Shown here piece after piece: positions 56,356 through 64,000 of a stretch of 64,000 nucleotides of DNA. Position 1 is the first letter of the stretch; every line of letters starts with the position of its first letter. The stretch is from Salisapilia sapeloensis CBS 127946 (taxonomy: Eukaryota; Protista; Oomycota), in contig JAADVB010000009.1 of assembly GCA_023334545.1 (NCBI GenBank), positions 62,001-126,000 on the forward strand, read 5' to 3'. The translations under genes and the position numbers were made by a program. The notes below the pieces were generated by a model. It saw only the letters and a program-made list of their open reading frames with translations. It was not told the origin of the DNA and made no database searches.

Positions 56356-57691
56356 TGGTTTTCCTTTTTAAAGGGCAGTAGAGTCAATTTCTGATGGATA
56401 AGGCAACGAGACAAGATGCTGGGTCGGATCCACGGATAAACTTATTAGCGCGTTCTTTGTGGTGCTTGGTTGTGCTTGAAATGGGTTCAAAAAGACTTCA
56501 AGTTATATCTTGGAAGGGCGTTCACTGGTTTAACATTGACATTGATTGAAAGAGGAAGTCGACTGAAAGGTTGGAGTCGGTGTGTGGTGTGCTACTAGTG
56601 TCATTCGGATATGTCAGACTAGTGTAGCTTTTTATATGCTCGCTATGCGGATGAGGAGATTCATTGCGTCACTCGAGGTTACCGATATAGCATATTCAGG
56701 AAGATATTGCTTAAAGAATCGACCGAGGTATTGTCCTTTTACAGCAGAGTACTAGCGTGGTGAAAGGTAGAGAAAACAGTGGAAGATTATACTTAAGATT
56801 AAATGCAACGCCTGATCGTCTATACTACACTCTCTCTATTCTAGACTATTCCAGGTTCCGATCAAGCCTATAATCTCACCGACTTTGTCTCGTACGTTGT
56901 TGTCTCGATCACCTGGCCTTGCACTGTGTAGTGAGATCATTGCAATAATCCACCTTCTGTGATCTTTTTAGCTACTTGTTGTATCCATGGGCTACATTCC
57001 AGATAGTAGTGCATTGATCGATTTATTCTCTTTAATTTTTAAACAAAGCAAATATCCAAGCAATTGCTAATTACTCATCTACTTTGTCACCATCTTTCCT
57101 CAACTCGTGGGTTCATCGCATGACAAATTCCCGCGCGGTACGCTCGCTTTCGACTATCTTCCAGAAGTATCAAGTTTCCGAGATCACAGTCGAAGGGGCA
57201 AATTTTACGTTGAAATGCAAGCTGCCTATTCCAGGCCTCAAGTCTCCTACGATCCTTACAAATCCATCCGAAAGCATTCTATACATGCATTTTTTCATCC
57301 TATTTCCATGCCCACTTCCCTCGCGTCTTTTAAACCCATAAAACCGTCCTCCAGCCTCTGATATGTGCCGTGCGGTAATTCAACCGCGACATGTTTGCGC
57401 ATGGGCACGTGGTCGATTTACTTCCCGCGCCCTACGTCCTTTCTATCCGGCTGCTTCTTTTTCTGTAGTTCGACCCGCGACTCGTATACGAAAGCCAAGA
57501 GCGCGTCCCTGCCACCGAATACTATTTTGACTCAGATTGGCTATACCCATCCGTCCACTTCCCATTGTTCAGTTCCACAACCGAACTTGCTTCGATCGCG
57601 AGACCACAGGCCCTCGAGATCCCACCGCGTACATCCGCCCTCGCAAATCTGGCGACCCTCAACGACACCCCATCTATGCCCACGAACCACG

Positions 57692-58546
57692 ATGCGCTCC
57701 TTCCTTGAGCTCCGCGGCCCCACGAGCTCGGCGCCCTTGAGCCCCATGAAACCGGTCAAGGCGGCCGACAGCCCGACGTCAACGTGCTCGACGACGTCCA
57801 CTGACTCCCCCCGCGCGCTCCCACCTGACAAGTTCCCGTCTAGCTTGAAAAAGTCGAGATCGGTGCCATCCACGCTTAGCACCAAGCTCTTTTCGAAAGT
57901 GAAACTGGGCAAGAAGGCAGCTTCGTACCACGAGCTGTCCTCTGGCTTCAAGAAGACTTGTCATGTGCGTTTTGCGACCGGAGAAGATTTGGAGGAAAGT
58001 GTCGAGCGGCCGGAGACGTCTTTGGAAGAGAAGGAGAAGTATCATTATACAGCGCACGAGCTGGAGCAGTTTGCCATGGACGTCCGCCCGTTGCCACAAT
58101 GCATCACCAAGGCACTTTTACTACCGGAGGACACGATTTTGGAGCAAGGAATGCTCACATTCCCCTCCAATGTCCACTTTCTTCCGGAGAAAAAGTGGTA
58201 TTGCTTACTCAAGAAGGACCAAGTACAGTGCTATGCGTCATTCGATTCGGCCAAGAAAGGTGGTCCGATGAAGAACTCATTCATTGTGACGAAAGCAGAG
58301 GACTGTGCTCTGTTTTCTGACCGTAAGTTGGAACTGGTCTTTGGTCGCAACGTTCCGTCCGACCTAGACCTCATGATTCTCGTGACCAAGTCCAACGACG
58401 AGCGAGTCTTGCTAAAAGCCGAGAGCCGTATTGCCAAGCGGAACTGGGTGTGCAGCCTCCAGTCCATGGCAGGATGCTCGAGGCTGAGCAAGACGTGCCG
58501 CAACACGACTCTGGAGAGGCGTGAAGCAGGTAACAATGCGCATTGA
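57692..58546 (+). CDS. PH-domain protein with Ser-rich N-terminus and RVxF-like motif
   Basis: ATG 57692. PH fold: EQGML...KKWYCLLKKDQVQCY...VLLKAESRIAKRNWVCSL. KTCHVRF lies upstream. The ORF-track extension back to 57365 lacks an ATG and looks non-coding. Confidence 0.8.
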   Translation: MRSFLELRGPTSSAPLSPMKPVKAADSPTSTCSTTSTDSPRALPPDKFPSSLKKSRSVPSTLSTKLFSKVKLGKKAASYHELSSGFKKTCHVRFATGEDLEESVERPETSLEEKEKYHYTAHELEQFAMDVRPLPQCITKALLLPEDTILEQGMLTFPSNVHFLPEKKWYCLLKKDQVQCYASFDSAKKGGPMKNSFIVTKAEDCALFSDRKLELVFGRNVPSDLDLMILVTKSNDERVLLKAESRIAKRNWVCSLQSMAGCSRLSKTCRNTTLERREAGNNAH

Positions 58547-60029
58547 ATCGCTGTGAAGGGCAAAGCGAACTTTGAATTTGGATTGCAGGAGCCACTGGAC
58601 AGCGTGGTGTCTCTGTGGCTCTTGGACACTTGTTGCAGATTTGTTTTCTTTTACTTTTTAGCTCGAAATGACAAGCTTTGCCCGCTTAAACGTTCTTTTC
58701 GTTCGTTCACATGCAGTCTTGAGCTTGGGAAGACAGGTTGAGTGCATTGGAGGATGGAATGTTCTTGAAAAGAGTATGAGAACGCATGTAGGGAGATCTT
58801 AGGAGCAGGTATTTCTATCAGGTTGAAAGTTGGGAAGAGGCGTGGATGGAGCAAGAGAGCATCATTTATTGTTGATCGAAGTGGATGCGATGGTATGGAG
58901 CCTGTTGGTGGATCCACGTAGAGATGATTTGGAATTGTCATAGTCGGAACAACTTTTAGCATTTTTATAGCTAGATGGGTACGAAGATAGCACTGTGCAC
59001 GAGATACAACGACAAGATAGTTGTATATGATAAAAGTGGCGAGGAGTAAACAGCCTCGAAGCTTGTTGATACCTCTGATAGGTTATCCGCACAGAAGAGC
59101 TGGACATAAAATTACAATACATGCAGGCTATTGGAAACGAAGCTAGATGAGAAGGGTATATAGTTGATCCCGTAACACAGCTACAATTGATCATTCCAAG
59201 AATATTGAGCTGAAGATAGGCTTTTTGCATACACCATCAATGTCATCATGATGTAGATATACGTGGCTCTATCTCTTAAACAAGGATATCAAACTGTTTC
59301 GAATGAACGTATCGTGCGACCTATTGTCTAAAATCGGGTTTTCCTTCTCCGGCCTTGGATGAGGGTGCTGTAAAATTGCAAAATTGGCTTTCGTGCAAGC
59401 GATGTCCTTGTCTGATCTCGTTGCTGTATCTGTAGAAGCCACTATGCGCACTTTAATCAATAGGCGAGTCCTTGAATGTAATGAATCTCAGCTCAGTGCA
59501 TGAGCATTCGGACAGTCATCTATCATAGCTTCTGTTCTTATAATCGCGATGCTTGCCCCGCTCTTTACCTGTTGCTCTTCAGACAAGTAGCTGCTTTCAT
59601 GGGCTATTTTTCGAGAATTGGTGAAATGAAAAGTGGCATATACATCTCTACGTGACGGTTGCAAGAGTAAGCAGATCCAATTTAAATCAAAAGTAAGTGC
59701 TTCGAACGGAGTCATCTTGGCAGTCTGATGTCTTGTTCTGAGTCATACATAATGCTAGTCAAGCAGAAAGAGCCAACTATTCTGCTTGTCGTGGACGTGT
59801 CCAGTCCTGAGGTATACTTCGAGGTTACTCTTTGACTCGATCCAAATTTGGGCGTAAAAAGCCATTGGTACAGCATAGTATCACGCGAATGACAGAGCAA
59901 AAGGCCTGCTCCACAACATCAAAGTCCAAGTCGATAGTCGATAGATCACTACATAAGGCATACATCTAACATGACGATTTTTCACGTTCGTCTGTTCATG
60001 ACACTTTTCACATACTTTAACTTACCTAT

Positions 60030-60419
60030 CTACGTCTCCATTGCAATAAAATGCATTTGCCCACTTGGACTTGTGGGCCTTGGACTCGTAGGAGCAGCCT
60101 CATGTTGTTCTGAAGGTATAGGAACAATACGAACTCGACTGCCGCATAGACACATCCAGCACCAACACGTACCTAGCAAAATGACGGTAGCACCAATCAA
60201 TGCGACGGTCACAATCAGTGTACTCTCTCCGCCAATGCTGTTCCATTCGTAGTTGCTGCCGTCGGAATCCCCTTTCAAGTCGTCTTTGCTATCAGACCTT
60301 AAATTCCTCCAATCTTTTCCATCGAAAGTGTTCAGGTGCCCATATTGCTCTTGGCTAGAAACACTTCCAAGACCAGTCATGAACATGAGCAGCATACTCG
60401 CCACCATCGTCCACTTCAT
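60030..60419 (-). CDS. Small type I membrane protein: signal peptide, RNLR plus acidic stretch, TM helix, Cys cluster
   Basis: MKWTMVASMLLMFMTGLGSVSS (signal), WRNLRSDSKDD, TLIVTVALIGATVILLG (TM), TCWCWMCLC, then PTSPRPTSP. The 3' end could be spliced differently. Confidence 0.7.
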   Translation of the reverse strand: MKWTMVASMLLMFMTGLGSVSSQEQYGHLNTFDGKDWRNLRSDSKDDLKGDSDGSNYEWNSIGGESTLIVTVALIGATVILLGTCWCWMCLCGSRVRIVPIPSEQHEAAPTSPRPTSPSGQMHFIAMET

Positions 60420-60579
60420 CTCTGACTGCATCTGTGGAAATGATGTCCAAAGCATAGCATATATGTTTTTACAATTCCCATCATTGTTGATGTCTTTGGC
60501 ATAATCAAGAGTGCAACAAGGCGAAACGAAATGGTGTTCTATATTGACCTCCAAAGCTATTCCACGTCTCTATATGTCT

Positions 60580-61984
60580 TCACATTCCGTTCAAGAGGCG
60601 GTTCGCAGCAGCCTCGACATTATTGTCAGCTGCCTCGAGTGCCTGCTGCGCCTGTTCTCGTTCAAATCCAAGCGCCACGAGTCGTGTGATACTCTCTTCG
60701 GACGGCGGATCGACGGGAGGTCGAGCGGCTGCCTCTGGTGGTATCATGCCTGCAGCCATTGGTGGAGGCGCACGTCTAGCTCCTGGCAACAGCTGCTCCC
60801 GATTGCCTTCATTCCCACCTCGGTGCATGTTTAGCCGCCGCTGAGCTTCCTGCATCCGCCGCTGTCTCTGTGCCAAAGCAGCACTGGCCGGAGTCACATC
60901 GACAAAAGGCTTAAAGATCTAGAGTAAAAGCTAAGAGTAGAAAAGGATGGAGGAGAGGAATGTATCGTACGCTGAAAGCACTGGAAACAAAGCTCGGGAG
61001 ACGAAGTTTGCCTAGTGGAGTGCAGCCAAAGAGGTAACCTAAGAAGGTCCCTGGTATGAACGATGCAAGTGTCATTGGATTTCGAACTAGCATCTACATG
61101 GACAATTAGTATGGCGTAAGTCATCATAAAGTAGAGAGAGAATACGAGGCCGAGGAGCAAGTAGGTGGTGGATTTATCCGAGAAATGGAGGTTTGCGACG
61201 CTAAAGATGCGCGGATTGAGCTTTGGAATGAATTCTATCGGACATGAATATCACATGTGGACGAGAGATGGGTGTGTACGTACTGTAGTAGAACGCGGAC
61301 AGGACGCCAAGGAAGGCATAAGGGCCAGACGGAAGGTCTTTGGCAAAGGAAGGAGCAGAATAGACAACAGCACACTCGAGGACACCAGTGATGAGTAAGA
61401 CGAAGACGGTGAAGCTGCCGAATTTTCTCGAGCCCATCTATCATACACAGTGTTACTGCAGGAGATTTATTGGATGACATGCGGCCACGTACCTGACGCT
61501 CTAGGACTCGATACTGGAAGATAGTGTACAGACCAAAGGATGCGGCCAGACCACTACATGACAATGTTAGATACTCGGATGTGGACATGTTTTACGGTTG
61601 GTGTACTGGTTAAATGAGAACTGGTTAGCTGCTAGACGCCAGAATTGGTGTTCCTGTTGGATGGCAAGTGGATCTATCACCAATGTGAGGAATGCGTTTA
61701 TAAGTAGATAATGTAGACGTAGTACCTAACGTGAAGACGCTGCCCTTGTCAAAGAGCAGAGTAGCTGAGCTCGCTGCTCCCACCGCGAGTGTGTATGCAT
61801 AGGTGATTGGTGCGCCATCTACACCATGAAAAGGATGAGATACAATGTGTAAGCGTGAACATGGATGGATTCGATTGGCATTTGGGGAGCCGCTGATAGA
61901 ATAACTTCTACTAGCCAGGTCCAATACTGTCATTGATGCATAAAACATATACTTACAGAATCCACGCAGGTCTCCGTGCATCAT
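60580..61984 (-). CDS. UBAC2: UBAC2-like rhomboid pseudoprotease with C-terminal UBA domain; about 7 exons
   Basis: GF/YGAPIT, QFWRLAANQF, FGLYTIFQYRVLERQ/MGSRKFGSF, LPSGP, FSDKSTTYLL. UBA: PSEESITRLVALGFEREQAQQALEAADNNVEAAANRLL. Confidence 0.88.
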
Positions 61985-62313
61985 GGTGAATTTTAAATGC
62001 TACAGAGTCGTCGACAAAGGTACAATGAGCACACGAGTACGAGCTAGAGATGTCCTCGTACGAAAAACACGTAAAAGAACACGAATAATAAGTATGATGT
62101 CCAAAAGCTATATAATGCCACTTATAAATTCCAAATTGCCATGAAGGGATCTTGAAGCGTTGTGGAAGCCACGTTGCGAGGTTACCATACTCGTACGTTT
62201 CGAAACGTACGATGATGTTTGCTACTTTGGACGGCCCATCATACTTCTTTTGTCAGCTCAAGAAAGAGATTTTATTGATAGTGTAAATAGGGGTTCTCAA
62301 GCTAACAGGGAGT

Positions 62314-64000
62314 ATGTTTCGAAAGAATTATTCGAGTGCTACGCTACCTGCTCCACTAAAGACTGGAGCTGGCGTGCCTAATGGTATTTCATCCCCATCG
62401 AATGACTCAAAGACAAGCTTTAGAAACGCTTCGAACCAACCTTCAGCTCCGCCGTTAGGACAGGTCTCAGCATCTAGTTTGTCTATTGGCACGAAAGTTT
62501 GGGTCCCTGACTCCAGCAGTGCACTCTGGCGTGTCGGCGAAGTCCAGAAGCTGCACTTGGACACTGCGTCTGCAGACGTCTTTGTACCAGATGCTCCTGA
62601 AGATAGCAAATTGAGGACACTGCCTATATCTAACCTATATACCTTCGATCCGTCGCACGTCATTGATCATGATGACGTCGCGTGCATGAACAATATGCAT
62701 GAGGCGCCATTGCTGCATACCCTTCGGCGACGATTTGAGACCGACACCATCTACACGTTCACGGCTGACGTTCTCTTGTCCATTAACCCGTACAAGCCAA
62801 TTCCTCTTCTGTACGACGTCGCTGGCTTCATGGCGGAACAACGTCAGTCGGTAATCGAGGAAGACACGGAAGGGAAGACGGCCAGTAATAAAAGCGAAGT
62901 TAATTCAGCAAGTCATCCACATCTCTTTACGATTGCAGAACGTGCATACAATGGGATGAAAGCCGGGATATATGACAAGCCGAAGCCTGGGAAGGAGGTG
63001 GTCGGATCTCCTCAGTCCATCATCATCAGTGGTGAAAGCGGAGCAGGCAAGACAGAAGCATCCAAATACATTATGAAGTATCTTGCGACAGCGAGTCAGC
63101 ATGCCGCTAGTGTAAGTATGATGTCAGCTTGTTCGGACATTCACGAAAAAATTGAAGAATGTGTCGTTCTCTCCAACCTCCTTCTTGAATCCTTTGGAAA
63201 TGCAAAGACTTCTCGTAATGACAATTCCAGTCGTTTTGGCAAGTACATTCAAATTCACTACAACACGGATGGAAGGATGGCAGGGGTTTCCATTCGCCAT
63301 TTTTTGCTTGAAAAGACGCGGCTAGTCGTGCCACAGCCAAGTGAGCGAAATTACCACATCTTTTATCAGCTTCTAGCTGGTCTACGCTCTTTAAGCTCTG
63401 AGTCACAGAACCGTTTGAAGTTGGAAGAAGATGCTTGGAATTACTCGTACCTGGCATATGGTGATTGTATCGAGGTGGATGGCGTCGATGATGCTGCCGA
63501 GTTTGACCAGTTACGCTCTTCCTTGTCAAAATTAGGCATGACAGAAAGCACTTTTCAGCAACCCATGTTTGAGTTGCTGGCAGCCATTCTCCATTTAGGT
63601 AACGTGCAATTTGACCCAGTCAAAAATTCCAATACAGGCGAAGAGGCATCAATGCCGGTGTTCCCAGATTATGATCGTGGTGTCACGATCGAGCACATAT
63701 CCTCTCTTCTCCAAGTAGAAGCGTCAGACTTGGCGAAGAAACTTGTCACGCACACGAGTGTGACTGTGCGAGGAAGTGTATTAGAACGAAAACTTACAGC
63801 GCTTCAGGCGAAAAACGCCATGGATGCTTTTTGCAAACATCTTTATGGTGCACTCTTTAACCATTTGGTTGATACGATCAACTCATTTGCGAAAGAGCAA
63901 ACTAGTCAGCAAAAGAGCAAAGCTCGACCTGCCCCAGAGCATGCATTCATTGGAATCCTGGACATATTTGGCTTTGAGGTACTGCAGACTAACAGTCTGG
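62314..64000 (+). CDS. Myosin heavy chain (SH3-like N-terminus plus motor domain), truncated by window end
   Basis: Open frame from ATG 62314 to the window edge, absent from the ORF track because it has no stop. Motifs: KVWVPD, DDVACMNNMHEAPLL, SINPYK, PHLF, GESGAGKTEASK, ESFGNAKTSRNDNSSRFGK, ERNYHIFYQL, IGILDIFGFE. Confidence 0.97.
   Translation, partial: MFRKNYSSATLPAPLKTGAGVPNGISSPSNDSKTSFRNASNQPSAPPLGQVSASSLSIGTKVWVPDSSSALWRVGEVQKLHLDTASADVFVPDAPEDSKLRTLPISNLYTFDPSHVIDHDDVACMNNMHEAPLLHTLRRRFETDTIYTFTADVLLSINPYKPIPLLYDVAGFMAEQRQSVIEEDTEGKTASNKSEVNSASHPHLFTIAERAYNGMKAGIYDKPKPGKEVVGSPQSIIISGESGAGKTEASKYIMKYLATASQHAASVSMMSACSDIHEKIEECVVLSNLLLESFGNAKTSRNDNSSRFGKYIQIHYNTDGRMAGVSIRHFLLEKTRLVVPQPSERNYHIFYQLLAGLRSLSSESQNRLKLEEDAWNYSYLAYGDCIEVDGVDDAAEFDQLRSSLSKLGMTESTFQQPMFELLAAILHLGNVQFDPVKNSNTGEEASMPVFPDYDRGVTIEHISSLLQVEASDLAKKLVTHTSVTVRGSVLERKLTALQAKNAMDAFCKHLYGALFNHLVDTINSFAKEQTSQQKSKARPAPEHAFIGILDIFGFEVLQTNSL

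Noticed and set aside
58650-59960. Minus-strand fragments that look partly coding
   Set aside because: Interrupted by stops with no recognisable family or consistent splicing. It is unresolved.

Overview
Eukaryotic nuclear DNA, most consistent with a flagellated (zoosporic) oomycete-like stramenopile. It is gene-dense (about 33 protein-coding loci plus 2 pseudogenes), uses the standard code, has very short GT..AG introns (mostly 51-62 nt by my count) and shows oomycete-type Inr motifs. Gene models were rebuilt by hand from splice signals, and family calls come from motif recognition, not database searches. Housekeeping and flagellar genes include VPS37, centrin, NOC2, NCBP2, ERCC8, HAGH, RPS23, UBAC2, CFAP99, CFAP157-like, ZMYND12-like and a myosin. 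Family clusters include 3 START-FYVE genes and 2 theta GSTs. I found no rRNA, tRNA, CRISPR array or intact transposon, and no multi-gene novel system that I can support. The most unusual items are single-gene architectures: an HMG-box-like insertion in a RPUSD1 pseudouridine synthase, a B-box-SAM-MAPKK, a fimbrin with seven 34-aa Pro/Trp repeats, a membrane-anchored ZNG1/CobW GTPase ending in KKxx, and a small RxLR-bearing type I membrane protein. Also notable are a cryptic PH-domain gene with a 9-nt microexon that the ORF track misses, a decayed MAPK relic and a multiply disrupted secreted-protein pseudogene.
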